DNA of 63,683 nucleotides, counting the filler, from Basidiobolus ranarum (lineage: Eukaryota): the NCBI GenBank assembly GCA_040143965.1. It is 16 parts of 16 records of this genome, joined end to end, with 100 filler letters (N's around TTAATTAATTAA, not from the genome) between each part and the next. Parts side by side here need not be neighbours in the genome. Positions count along the whole stretch, not along the records: positions 23,982 to 27,869 come from JASJQH010002231.1; positions 27,970 to 31,854 come from JASJQH010002232.1; positions 31,955 to 35,838 come from JASJQH010002233.1; positions 35,939 to 39,821 come from JASJQH010002234.1; 12 more parts are not named here. One strand, 5' to 3'. The position numbers and the translations under genes are program-made. The notes under the pieces were generated by a model. The model was not told the DNA's origin. It ran no database searches and saw nothing but the letters and a program-made list of their open reading frames with translations. Positions 26,801-39,921 of the stretch are shown in pieces; the stretch's first letter is position 1; every line of letters starts with the position of its first letter.

Positions 26801-27760
26801 CCGTCGTAGTCTTTTCATTCATAAATATGTTATCAAGTGGCTTGGAGAGCAATGGTACGATTCTCGAAACTTGAGTTGCCTGCTATCGATGGTTCGTGAT
26901 TTACAGATATCTGACTTGACACTTGGGACCCATTTCCAATTTTACTCATCTATCATTGGATTATGGTAGTAATTAGAGATTGCTCTCACAAATCGCGTTA
27001 TAGGATAAGTCATGGTTTACTGATGGTAGACAAGTTTAATCAGATCGATTATCAACCTCATCACTACACAAGTTTTACTCAATCATATATATACATACTG
27101 AGCAATACCATGACATATCTCAATCGATTGCTACTATTATGATTCAGAGATCATCAAAGATCCGGATCTTCCATCTAGGGGTGATTTTATCTTGGGTGTC
27201 TCTCAACTCGACGAATGTATGTAATGGCGAATTAAACACCATTTGTTGTATGCGCCACACTAGAGCTATTACCAAAATGCCCTAGAAATTCAAAACATTG
27301 ATTTCGTTATCCATAGCAAGATATACGTAAGGACGTTATCGAATCACGAATCTTAGTTCTGGGTTCAAATCTGCAAAACTAGCATAATGGTCACCAGAGT
27401 CGAACGTCTCATTTGTTGTCAATGAGGGAGAGGGGATTTAGAGTGCTCATGCTATTCCGAAGCTGCATGTAATTGGCACTTGGTATTTCACCAACAGGAG
27501 CATTCATAGCAATACCTGGTAGAGAAATATTTTAATGTACTTGCAGAGTATTTGAAAACATATGCAGGAGCTATAATTTTGAGTTAGTTTTCAGATAAAT
27601 TTACAAAGTATTCTAATAACAGCATTGATTATATATATAGGCATAGATTCACTTAACAGAATGTGGATATGTTATTCGTGGATTGTTCATTTCGATATAT
27701 CATCTAGTTTTTATTGCCAATTCCTATACATTCTTTTACCCACTATACTAATGAACATAG

Positions 27761-27869
27761 TGTTAAAGTATTTGGGAGCCTGTTGGAAGTGGTTTGGAGA
27801 ATTAGAGGAATTGGTGGTTTTCACTTATTGATTTATTGAGTAGAAAGTTGACATTTATAGTTTTGTCAA
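27761..27869 (-). repeat. LTR family A, cut by gap
   Basis: TGTTAAAGTATTTGGGAGCCTGTTGGAAGTGG closely matches 4158 and 12493. Confidence 0.85.
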
Positions 27870-28660
27870 NNNNNNNNNNNNNNNNNNNNNNNNNNNNNNN
27901 NNNNNNNNNNNNNTTAATTAATTAANNNNNNNNNNNNNNNNNNNNNNNNNNNNNNNNNNNNNNNNNNNNGAGACATAACCCTTTGTGCTTCATGGGTTAG
28001 GAGTAGCTTTTTGCTTGCCTTTAAGTTTAGGGCTAACTTCAACATTCTATTCCACTTGGGATTGGAGAGCCATGAGTTTTGCTTGCTCAAGCTTCAGCTT
28101 GCTGAGAGGTGCCAGGTGTGTTTAATTTATTACATTGTAGGGGAATATAATCCCTTTGCATGCACCTGTGCTAAATAGGAATGCACCTTGTAAATTGAAT
28201 TTTGCATCATTATTACTTGAGTTAGTACTTGGTATGTAAATGCTTTCCCCAGTAGTTAGTAGATTATTGGACTGCTTGACAATTTTTTCTTTAGTTCTGG
28301 CTGTTTTTTGCCTCAGGGCCAGCAGGCTTTTACTTCTAAGTCAAGTTAACATATCTTGGGAAAGATTTTTTTTAGGCTTTGAAATATTCATATGTTAATT
28401 TGGTGCAATGAACTTGCTTAGAAACAGCTTATAATAAGTCAAAATTGAAATATTCAAGCAAAAATTTCTTATAAATCCCCTATTGATCAATTGGTGACAT
28501 TTTCTCAGAATTAGCTGATAAACTGATTGGATATACCTCTGATACCAACTTCACATGGTGGTGTTCTTTATTTTACAGCAATATCCTTCACTTGCCTTAA
28601 AAGAAATATGGAAAGAAACCCTGCTATTATTGTCTCAAGTCCTTCTGCTATGAATAGTGT

Positions 28661-31600
28661 GTTCAAATTTGGTAAGCAGCAACTAAATATTCAATAGTTA
28701 GCTTGTTCATATTGTGCTAACTTAGCAATCAAATGTGCCATTCAAAAATATGTGTTTGTTGCTCTAATTAAAAGAAATATTGATTAGATTGCATTTACCA
28801 ACTTTCACTATTTTCTAAAAACCTCTCTAAATCACCTCAAATGTCCACCCATGCTTTACAAGCACATTTATCATGATTTAAGCACATCCAATAGTCTTAT
28901 TTCATAGTAAATTATAAACAGGACCTATTCAATTCAATCAAACTAAAGTATCTAATTCCCAAATCAAAAACTTATAGCCAGACATGTTTGGGAATCTCAT
29001 AAATGCCCTAGAACAAGATTGGAGCCATCAACATTGGAATATGTTGGTGCTAGGCTTTTGGATGATCAATTATGGAGATCTAATCTCAGCATAATAATGC
29101 ACATTAAACATTTATTGGAGCTGTAAAGCATCCAACAGGCTTCAATAAAGGTGCCCCCAGCTGATAATCAATCACCTGCAGGTATTGCAACAAACCAGGC
29201 TATTTAATAAAAGATAGCAGAAAAGGATTTTTGCCAAAAAGCTAAAATTGGAACTAACAAAGCAGGTGAGAACTGATAGGGATCATTTACTTGTGTCTGC
29301 CCTATCAGTAATCACTAAGGAAGACTTAGAAACATGGTACATTGATTCAAGAGCTTTGCAGCATATGTCAAGCAAGATATATTGGTTTTTTAGCATCAAA
29401 CCCAGCCAAGCAAGGAAAGTTTACCTAAGACATGACTATGCACTAGAAGCTGTTGATAAGGGCACAGTGGTGCTTATTTTAGACCATGAGCCAGCTACAC
29501 CATCAGTAAAATTAGATGATGTAATTGATGTACTAAATATTGCCAAGAATCTACACTCAGTAAATCTAGTTATAGCTCAAAGACTAAATTTTTTCTTTGC
29601 CCAGGCTGAATGCACCATTACAGATTGGAATAATGTCAAAGCTACTAGGATCAATATTCATAACATATGCAAGCTGGAAATCAACAAATTGCATTCTGAG
29701 CATGCAAACCTTGTCAAAACCAGGAAAATCAGTGGTCAAATGTTGCATAGAAGATTATGCCACATTGTGGAACAAAAACTGACCAAATGATCCAAAATCT
29801 GCTTGCTTCAGACTTTGAAATTGGAAATATTACCACATTGAATCTGTGTAAAGGTTGCATATATGGAAAACATTACAGACAGCTTCTTCAGGCTCTGGAG
29901 CAATCAAATCTATTCAGAATATATCCTTGTTCATTCTACCTGTGTGGGCCCATGAAAATTATCTTATTTGGAGACAAAAGGTAATTTATGACCTTTATTG
30001 ATGACATAACAAAACTTACTGGGCTATTCTTTCACATATCAAAATTAAAGTATTGATTATGTTCAAGCACTACAAAACAATGAGGGACAAAGAATCAGTG
30101 AAAAAATACAGGTACTATGAAGAGATGATGGTGGAAAGTATTGTTGTAAAGACTATGCAAGTTTTTGTTCCAAATATGGAAGTAAGTAACAAACTACTGT
30201 ATCTTATTCTCCACAGTAAAAGGGAGTTGATGAAGGTGCTAATAAAACCACAGTGGGGATGATGAGATCAATGATACAAGATCAAAAGTTAGATTACCAC
30301 TATTGGGCTAAATCTGTCTCCATTGCAGTCTATATTAAAAACAAATGCCTAATAAGATTGCTACAAAATCCTACTTTATTTGAAACCATTTTTAGATTAA
30401 AGCCAAATGTGTATCATAACAGGATCTTTGATTGCATGGAATATTTTCTAATTCCAGCTCAAAGTTGTCTTAATTGCAGTCAAAAAGCAGCAAGTCCATA
30501 TTCCCTCAATACTCAATGAATCTAAGGGCTACACACTGTTTGATACCAAAAATCAGATGTTAATCCAGTGCCAAGATGTGATGTTTGATAAGTAAGCCTG
30601 TTTTTCACCTCAATTCACAGTTTTTGAACCAGAAAACAATGTCAGCACAATTTAGGAAGTGTCTGACAAAGTTATAGCTCTATCTGAGCCCAATTCAGCC
30701 AAAACTATAATGGCAAATATATCTGAAAGATGCTTCTGGATTTATATGTTCATCTAGATGGAGGAAGAAGCCAAGGAACTGGGGGAATACTTCCAATGAT
30801 GCTGTCTCTACCTATGCAGCATTCTGTGCCAAGCCACACACTCTGGATCAGGCTCTGAAGTATCCAGAATCATAAATGTGTGAAAAAGCAATGTCCAATG
30901 AGTTTTTGTCATTTTGGGGCAGTAAAATGGGGGTTTTAAGCCCTCTACAATCAGAAAGAAAGCCAATAGGTTGCAAATGAGTCTACCAAGTCAAAAACTA
31001 AGCTGATCAAGTCATAGAAAGGTACAAAAGAATGATTAGTTGCCATAAGTTTTTCCCTGACTCTAGGACTTGATATATGAGGCAAAAATGCAAAAATTGC
31101 TATATGGACTGAAGCAAGTATGCAGGGCATGGCACAATAAGCTAGATACCTGCTTGGAATCACTTGAATTCCAAAAATGCACAGCTGATCATAGTATATA
31201 TATTAAAACAAACAAAACTAGGATTCTTATCTTGGAACTTTATGTGGATGACTTGACCATAGCCACCAATGATCTAGAAGCATCTCATCAGATAAAAAGC
31301 AGCTTATCAAACCAATTTGACATGACTGACATGGGTTAATCAAGTTATTTCCTTGGAGTCCAAATCAGGTGAGATAAGCCCAAACAGAAGTGATGCTGAA
31401 TTGGTCTATATATATCCTAGCCATCCTAAAATGCTTCAGCATGGAGAATAGCAAGTCCATTTCAAGCCCAATGGATCCCTATATGGAATTAAACCAAATT
31501 TCATCTGGTTTGGCTCAAAGTGACTCAAACCAAAGCCAGGAGCTTGTTTATCAGTCCATTATGGGTAGTTCAAAGCATTCAATGGTTGGAACATGTTCAG

Positions 31601-31854
31601 GTATTGCCGTGGCAGTGGGAACTGCCAGCCAAATTTTCATAAGTCCAGGATCCAGGTGCAAGAAACAGTACCACAAATATTCAGTTACTTGACAGGAAAT
31701 GTAGATGTAGTTCCTGAACACTCTAACACTCCTGATGCACAAAGTGTTGAAACCTGCAGTGATCCAGGCTAGGTATGAAATGTTGAGGATAGAAGACCCT
31801 CACCTGGGTACAATTTCTCTATTGTAAAGGAGCCATAACTTGGAATAGTAAAAA
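28661..31854 (+). mobile_element. Degenerate Ty1/copia (diverged LTR C, gag remnant, protease, integrase, RT, RNase H start)
   Basis: WYIDSRALQHM, LHRRLCH, YHYWAKSV, LLYGLKQ and LYVDDL motifs across frameshifted ORFs. Confidence 0.9.
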
Positions 31855-32003
31855 NNNNNNNNNNNNNNNNNNNNNNNNNNNNNNNNNNNNNNNNNNNNTT
31901 AATTAATTAANNNNNNNNNNNNNNNNNNNNNNNNNNNNNNNNNNNNNNNNNNNNGTAATGAAATTTACTTTTATTAAATCTAATGCTTTCTCAGAACAAC
32001 AGT

Positions 32004-32096
32004 CATCCTTATGTTGTAGTGAGTATCAAATGATCATCCTTATGTTGTAGTGAGTATCAAATGATCATCCTTATGTTGTAGTGAGTATCAAATGAT
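32004..32096. repeat. Perfect 31-bp tandem repeat x3
   Basis: CATCCTTATGTTGTAGTGAGTATCAAATGAT three times head-to-tail, with no spacers. Confidence 0.95.
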
Positions 32097-32300
32097 TTAG
32101 AGAGTAAATTAATCTAGAACACCCTGGAATCCCTTGACATTCTGAACAAATCTCTAGAATCACACTAACCTTTGGCAATTATAGTGAGATCATTAGTTAT
32201 TTTGAATTAGTATCAACATGGGGTAGCCTTCTTCCGGCAAACGGAAGTATCAAAATTGGTGGTGTATATTTGAAAGTGGGAAGATATGCTCCAAACTCAA

Positions 32301-33265
32301 CTATGATTTGATAGTGGGTGGCGGATCACGATTCCATTTGTTGTTAACATGATTGGAGAACAACACCGAAATAAAGATAAGGCATAAATGCGGTACTAGT
32401 ATAGCAAATGATACAATATAAGTGATCTTCAGTGCTAGATGATTGAAGCGGTAAGATTTGCCAAGACATCCAGGTAATAAACTACGTATGTAACACTTGT
32501 TAGATACGGCAGGTCGATCGAGTGGTCCTTGGAATCCGCAACAATGGAGCTATCAGAGGGTTAGTTCAATTCAATGGTTGACCTGGGACTGGAGGGAATA
32601 AAGGTTACTTACATTGTTTTGAATAGCTAGTTTTTCATTATAGCCAAAAGATCTCCATTGACTTCCCAACTTGGCTCGTAAATTCCATAATGTTCGCCTA
32701 TAGGCCAAATACCCGATTGAAGCCGTCATTGCAAATAGTGGCCAAAGTAAAAGGGCACATATGGTGAGGATTTTTCGGTTATTCGCCAGAATACCATAGT
32801 AGGCCACCAGACAGTTGCATATGGTTAGAAGACTGGTCACAGTAGTAATAACAAGTATATTCTTGCTCCCAATCACAATCACTTCTGCCCGAAGATACGC
32901 TTTGAACCATGTCAGCAAAGAACCTACAAGAGCACAAATAGCGATGACAAATAGCTGAGATATAAGGTGAGTATAAGAAATTGAAGTTATTCAGAGAAAC
33001 AAATGAAGTTTACCATTGTATAACCTCCAAGCAATGCCCACTTGGCCTTGGACCAGGTAGGTAGTACGGGGGTGTGTGTAGCAAGGTATCTGTCGTTGGC
33101 ACGGTTTAGGGCCCTTCCTTTCGAATCGCTCATGTCATACACTCTTCCATCGCAATTTCCTTGGATGATATCCACATCAGAATTGGAATCAAAAGCAGTG
33201 CTCTGTCTTTGCATTAGAGTCTCCGTCATAGACCCAGTGGTGTAAATACTGTTTCGATATGCCAT
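32301..33265 (-). CDS. TSP2: Fungal tetraspanin, Tsp2-like, 3 exons
   Basis: Spliced (GT-AG introns after GYTM and after IQNN): cytoplasmic N-tail, WSKAKWALL, four hydrophobic helices, and a large loop with LHCCGF..P.D...CY.RSLLPGC; ends SNHVNNKWNRDPPPTIKS* (TAG 32301-32303). Confidence 0.8.
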
Positions 33266-34798
33266 TCGCCAAAAACTCTATTTTGAAAATAGGTAAAGGA
33301 TCGATGAGTTTCTAAATGAAGAAACGGTAAGTCAAAGCAGAGTCACAGCGATCAAGGAAGTGATAGAGGATTTGATGTGATGAGAACAAGTAATGAGAAA
33401 TCCAGCTTTTATGAAGAATTCTCGAGCTGCAGGAATCAATAGCAATATTCACATGTACATACCTGTAAATCGAGTATAGAGCTGGTCAGACAATAATAGC
33501 AAAGTGAGCAACGGATCCAATTGATGAGGGATATATATATAACCCTAGGAGATAAATTTTAGGAAAGAATGGGATAGCTTCTAGGAAAGAAAAGATAGCC
33601 GATTCTTGCTATTCACGGTGTAGCTGATTCTTTGGAATGGACTAAACAATGAAATCAGTACAGTGAGCCACAAACGACATCGATAAATAAAATAGAAGAA
33701 GCAGCCTTTATAGGTTTGACATTTATCCTCCATCCACAATACAAGTTTTGGAATGTTTGGGATCGTAGTGCGGGGATATATGTGGTTTCCGTATAGTAGT
33801 TGAATATCCGTCATGTCGTGATTTCTATTGAGTTAGCCCAATTTCGATCTTAACCTAACAATTCGTCGGCGATTAATCTCAAGACAAAAGATACTAACTC
33901 TGCATTGCATCTCTCCGGTTCTAATTTGAAGATGGCGAAATTCTTCATTCCAATATGTAGTCTTGTTATACTTGCAGGGCTTATTATATATAGTCTGAGT
34001 ATGATTACCCTCGAATCGAACAAAGGAGCTGATGCTTACTACGTTTATTAGCGTAACGAATAGTACACCATGATACTTGTGAATGATTGAGACTGTTCAG
34101 CTCAGTATTCTTGAGCTTCCAGACTACCAATAATGAAATATGATAGAAAACCTCAAGTAGCCTGAATATTTGCTCAGAATGAAGACGACCATCAGCTTAT
34201 ATAATTACACCAAAAGTATTTTCCAATCGTGGTTTATTTGTAACAATATCAATAGTATTAGTGAAAGCTCTCACGATTGAAGATCTCTAGATATATGAAT
34301 TAGAAACCGACCAAAAAGAGATTAATTAAAAATTCCGATATTGATAACGCGAACTAGCTCACTCCATCATGCGCATCCAAGAATAGAAACTATACCACAC
34401 GTTGATGTCTAAACAATTCCTTGGTACGCCCATATTCCTCAACTATAGGTCAACTTCCATAAAGGTCATGGCAATCGGGCGTATGTTACGAAATTCCACT
34501 CTCACATACTGAATTCTAGACATATGTATACAAATCACATAGCCATTGATGGTTTGTGGGGAATCTAATGATCGTTCTAGTGTCCCGTGTTAATTCAACT
34601 TGAATATTTTCAGTCCCTATTCTTATTTTAACTATTAATAGCTTTGAATTCGTGTGAGAGGTCTTTTTATTTAAGTTATGATAAGAAGAGTTTTCCCGTC
34701 ATCGAGAGCTATTTAAACCTCATACTCACTGCTTTTTACCTCAGGTCAAGCAAAGAAAAACTACCTCAAGTCCAGCCTTTAGATACTTAATCTACGAA

Positions 34799-35838
34799 AT
34801 GCTGTACTTAACTGCAGACCACTTTCCATTTGTAATCCCCTTTGGTATCATTGGGTTTTATCGATATTTGTGGTTTCTCATCAAACTTGCCGCTTATATG
34901 GTTTACAAACCAAAGAGACCTTTGCCCAACCCTACTTACACAGGTGAAGATGTTACCATCGTAGTGCCAACCATTGATGCTGGCGAAGAATTCAAAGAGG
35001 CTGCTTACTCTTGGTTAGCTAATAATCCCAAAGAGATCCTCATAATCACTGAAGAGCGTATGCGTGGACCGATCCAAGAGTTGGCCGATGAGGTATCTCC
35101 CGAAAAGATCAGAGTGTTAACTATTCCAAAGGCGAATAAACGTAACCAAATGACCGAAGGCATCCGACATACTCATACAGAAATTTTGGTTTTTTCGGAT
35201 GACGATGCTATCTGGCCCTCTACATGTCTCGAATATATGTTAGCATGTTTCGAGGACCCGAAAATGGGTGGTGTCGGAACTTCACAGGCAGTCAAACCAG
35301 TTGGCGATAAGCAAACCATGTGGGAGGTACTAGCTGGATTCCGACTCACTCAACGTAATATCGAAATTGCTGCCTCTACCCATATCGACGGTGGCGTATG
35401 TTGTTTATCAGGCCGTACAGCTGCGTACCGTACTTGTATCTTGAAAGACCCAGCATTTATTCACAGCTTCACTCACGACTTTTGGTTAGGCAAGTATCAA
35501 CTCAACTCCGGAGATGATAAATTTCTCACTAGATGGTTGGTTTACCACGGGTGGAACACGTACATTCAATCCTGCCGTGAGGCTGAACTACTGAGTACAT
35601 TCAAAGATAATTGGAGGTTTCTTAAGCAAGTACTCCGCTGGACCCGTAATACATGGAGATCTGATTTCCGGTCATTGTTCATGGAACGTAAGATTTGGTA
35701 CAGATTCCCGTTTGTCGCATTCACTATGTTAGACAAAATTTTCAATCCTTTCACCCTTCTCTCTGGACCAGTACTGGTCGGTATTTTGTGTTCAAAAGCG
35801 GCAAAGCATGACTATCACTTACCACTCTGGAATATACT
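34799..35838 (+). CDS. Processive glycosyltransferase family 2 (fungal Cps1/GT2, hyaluronan-synthase-like), intronless in the visible part, 3'-truncated
   Basis: N-terminal TM, VVPTID, FSDDD, CLSGRTAAYR, GDDKFLT and QVLRWTRN (D,D,D,QxxRW) motifs, then TM segments. Confidence 0.9.
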
Positions 35839-35939
35839 NNNNNNNNNNNNNNNNNNNNNNNNNNNNNNNNNNNNNNNNNNNNTTAATTAATTAANNNNNN
35901 NNNNNNNNNNNNNNNNNNNNNNNNNNNNNNNNNNNNNNC

Positions 35940-36377
35940 TCATGCATCCACAATCTCGATATCAAAGCGTTTCCAAGCCTCTGAAGTGTCAGAACTACTC
36001 TCAACACAAAGATTGGCCCCATCATACACCTGACCATTGTGGACATCGAAATGGAAATCTGGCCCAAGCTCCTTGCTTTGAATTGTAGTGTTCTAATACT
36101 CCCATTGGAAATCGGCATCTTGCTGATTCTCTTTCTGAACCACCCTGTTATGGCCATTGGATTCTTGAACATAGCCTATGATCTTGCCAGTCTGGATATT
36201 TACCAACTGTGACTTCTCATCGTAATACCAGACTTGCATAGCGTCCCAGGTGTTAGCAGCCTTCTTTTGGATAACAATGTAGGCACCAACATCCATGCTG
36301 TTATTCTCAACACCAACGTAGTAGTCGCCATCTTTACAGCGAAGAGAGAAATGAGTATTGAGAGGAAAGTTCGACAT
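35940..36377 (-). pseudogene. Ricin-B (beta-trefoil) lectin-like gene, no signal peptide, one in-frame TAG at 36093-36095
   Basis: QVWYYDE..LVNIQTGK and FQWEY QxW-type repeats; the frame continues past TAG to ...WKRFDIEIVDA* TGA. Confidence 0.65.
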
Positions 36378-37045
36378 GCTAAAGAGTTCAATGATGAAGA
36401 TTATCGAAGTGGCTTCACCCTATTTATGCTAAAAGAACTTGAATCTGGAAATTTTCTTATAATTGAGTTGATAAAGTTTCCATCTACTGGCATAGGATTA
36501 GTTGAGTGGCTTAGTGAAAGTAATCAACCTAGTTCATAAAACCGTGACATTGACAATGTTATGTTTACTAAACCTGGAGATCATTTCATTACTATAAACA
36601 AGCGGTTGTTTGCAAGCCTCATTTAGTTTTGGTACTACTATGCCTACATCTTTTCCGGCAACGATCATCCTTCACATATGGGCGACTATTTCTTGGACAA
36701 AGTACAAAGATAATTAGAAGATTGAGAATTACTCTTTCTAAATCATCAAACCTGATTATGGTAATAATTTATTTAGGATCTATCTAGGTCATTTGTTTCT
36801 CCACCTATGTTATAGTGAGACGACCGTGAACTGGCTTGTACAAGTCACAGGTAAAACGTCGAATTGTAAATTTCAGCAATCAGTATGAGTATTCTGCCAG
36901 TAAGATGTCAATATATTGCCAGAGACAGTTTCAAGAGTTCCAGAGCAAGCGATATCTTCTTTATCGAGATACTACTATGAGTACGTAATTCCAGGTCATT
37001 GAACATTTGTGTTAGATAATTTAGTCACACTGCATTATTGTAAAA

Positions 37046-37117
37046 GCCTGCTTAGCGCAGTGGTAGCGCGTCAGTCTCGTAAACTGAAGGTCGCCAGTTC
37101 AATCCCGGCAGTAGGCA
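37046..37117 (+). tRNA. tRNA-Thr: tRNA-Thr(CGT), copy 1, intronless
   Basis: Cloverleaf: acceptor GCCTGCT/AGTAGGC, D-stem GCGC/GCGC, anticodon arm TCAGT-CTCGTAA-ACTGA, T-loop TTCAATC; followed by a T-run Pol III terminator. Confidence 0.93.
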
Positions 37118-37743
37118 TCTTTTTACATTCTCTTACTTTTTGCATACCGAAATCTTCGGTTGTTTTTAACCCACAAGTATCGGAGACGTTGGTTAGATTC
37201 AGGATGCTGTATTAAAACCTCGGGCTCATATTGTGCCTAGATAGTTATTCCTAAAGAGTATTCCTGGAGTAGATTAAGTATGGGAATGATTTAGTGGGAT
37301 CAGGTGTATTTGCGTTTATAACTAATAATCAAGAAATTCAATATTCAGGTTTAACTAATAACTTCATTACCGAGTATAAACAAATCAGCTATAACTAATT
37401 ACAACAACGAACGGTTTTTAAGGATAAAAATATGATGCTTGTTTAAACAAATCAGAGGCACCTGTTAATGCCTATTAAGTTCTCATCAACTAAAACGGTT
37501 TTTGCTACAAATATAATGTAAGAAGTAAACACTAGTAAGTAAATAGATGTTTGAGTCCCCAGGAGCAGAGTTTAAAGATGCGATAGATAAATAGCTTGAT
37601 AGTGATATTGATCTGACAACATCTGCTACTATTAATGTGTCTTTACAATAATATTTGTTTAGTGATATTACTTTATTTATTTCAATTAACCATTGCAATA
37701 TTGGTGATACTATTGAATATCAGATTCTTGTAAAAAGAATATT

Positions 37744-38090
37744 TCAGGAATCCACGAGTTCAATGTCAAAGCGTTTCCAAGCCTCTGAAGTGTCAGAACT
37801 ACTCTCAACACAAAGATTGGCCCCATCATACACCTGACCATTGTGGACACCGAAATGGAAATCTGGCCCAAGCTCCTTGCTTTGAATTGTAGTGTTCTAA
37901 TACTCCCATTGGAAATCGGCATCTTGCTGATTCTCTTTCTGAACCACCTTGTTATGGCCATTGGATTCTTGAACATAGCCCATGATCTTGCCAGTCTGGA
38001 TATTTACCAACTGTGCCTTCTCATCATAATACCAAACTTGCATAGCATCCCAGGTGTTGGCGGCCTTCTTTTGGATAACAATGTAGGCCC
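37744..38090 (-). pseudogene. Second ricin-B lectin copy, 5' end deleted, same in-frame TAG
   Basis: Near-identical to 35940-36290. Homology jumps directly to upstream sequence at ~38090, removing the start codon. Confidence 0.7.
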
Positions 38091-38772
38091 CAAAATTTAC
38101 TTATAATTGGATTGATAAAATTGCCATCTACTGTCATAGGGTTAGTAGAGTGGCTTAGTATAAGTAACTAATCTAGTCCATACTACCGTGACATTGACAA
38201 CCGTATGCTAACTAGACCCGGAGGTGATTTTATTACTATAAACAAGCGGTTGTTTGCAAGTCTCATTTAGTATTGGTGCTACTATACTCACATCTTTTCC
38301 GGCAATGATCATCCTTCACATGTGGGCAAATATTTCTTGGACAAAGTTCAAAGATAATTGGAAGATTGAGAATTGCTCTTTCTAAATCGTCAAACTTGAT
38401 TGTGGCAATAATCTAGCTCTGAGATAGTGAATGATGCGTGCATACTGATAATAATCACAAGCACATGAGTTAATGACACTATAACTCAGTAGTCATGGTA
38501 TAGCTGATCTTGAACATTTGCTTCCCGGCTAATGTTATCGTGAGATGACCTTGAGCAGGCTAGTACAAATCACATGTAAACTGTCGAATTGTAAATTTCA
38601 GTAGTTAGTATGAGAATCCAGTCAGCAAAGAAGTCAATATTTTGCCAAGAGCAGTTTTGAGAGTTTTGGTGCAAGTGGCATTTTCTTTATTGAGATACTA
38701 ATATGAGTGCGTCAGTTTAGATCATTTAACATCTGTGTTACAGAATTTTACTCAAACTCAGCTGGTGTAAAA

Positions 38773-38844
38773 GCCTGCTTAGCGCAGTGGTAGCGCGTCA
38801 GTCTCGTAAACTGAAGGTCGCCAGTTCAATCCCGGCAGTAGGCA
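38773..38844 (+). tRNA. tRNA-Thr: tRNA-Thr(CGT), copy 2, identical to copy 1
   Basis: 72/72 identical to 37046-37117; T-run downstream. Confidence 0.93.
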
Positions 38845-39712
38845 TCTTTTTATATTTTCTTACTTTTACATACAACAGTCCCAAACTAGCTCTTAATTTG
38901 AACATTGAAATTCATGCCTTCAAACTAAATATTAATGTGATGATCCATGAATTGGAAATATGAGTATCAGACATTTAGTTCATGACGGAGAGAAAACATA
39001 TTAGAACTGAGTAAAAACAATCGTTTACTTGTTGCATTGAGTACATTTTTTCAACCCTATCCCTAACAATACCCCTATAAGGTTTAATCAAGATCTACTC
39101 TAGATAGTACACTTATCCAGCTGATAAACTCTAAAGAACAATTTAAAGAAATTCGTAGACATGACCCTATTTTGATAGTATACAATTTAACGAAAAATAC
39201 ATTATTATAGTGTAGTCTCTCGTAATCTTATTTGAACTACGACGTTTCAAACGCATCCAAGTTAATAACGTATATTGTTTGATTTTGGTTCTTTTAAATG
39301 TAAGTATGTGTATTTCTCAAAGTCAGTAATCGATGATACCCGGGTTGCAATCCGAGTACACCTGGGTTTTTCTAATCAAAAGTTAGTCATAACACCCAAT
39401 TTACATCATGTTGAAAACTAATTGTTATTATAAAATAACAGGTAAAAGTTTCCTACTGAGAATTAATTATCAGTAAACCAATTCCACTCAATTTAATCCA
39501 ATGGAACACCGATCATCAGTTATGGGATGCGGGATAAATTTGGATGGGTACAGATCGATTAGTGTCATAGAATAATTTCTAAAATAATCAATCTTTAATA
39601 AATTACTGCAGCGGAAGATTTTTGCTCTTTATAGAGAGGTTGCCCACATAATATTTGGAGATTAATGAGAATGGAAAACCAATTGCTTTAGCTTACTCCT
39701 TTTGTTAAATAC

Positions 39713-39821
39713 TGTTGGATAATTAATCTTTATTCAACATCATAGTTAACTTTAGTTATGATACATATATCAGAAACAGAAAGCAACGTATCTATAGCCA
39801 CTAAATTCTAAATAGGAATAT
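39713..39821. repeat. LTR family B start, cut by gap
   Basis: TGTTGGATAATTAATCTTTATTCAA, reverse complement of the 12310 end. Confidence 0.75.
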
Positions 39822-39921
39822 NNNNNNNNNNNNNNNNNNNNNNNNNNNNNNNNNNNNNNNNNNNNTTAATTAATTAANNNNNNNNNNNNNNNNNNNNNNN
39901 NNNNNNNNNNNNNNNNNNNNN

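Noticed and set aside
32004-32096. 31-bp repeats as a CRISPR array
   Set aside because: No spacers, no cas genes, eukaryotic context.
37009-37215. 68-aa ORF overlapping the tRNA
   Set aside because: Spurious; the region is explained by tRNA-Thr.
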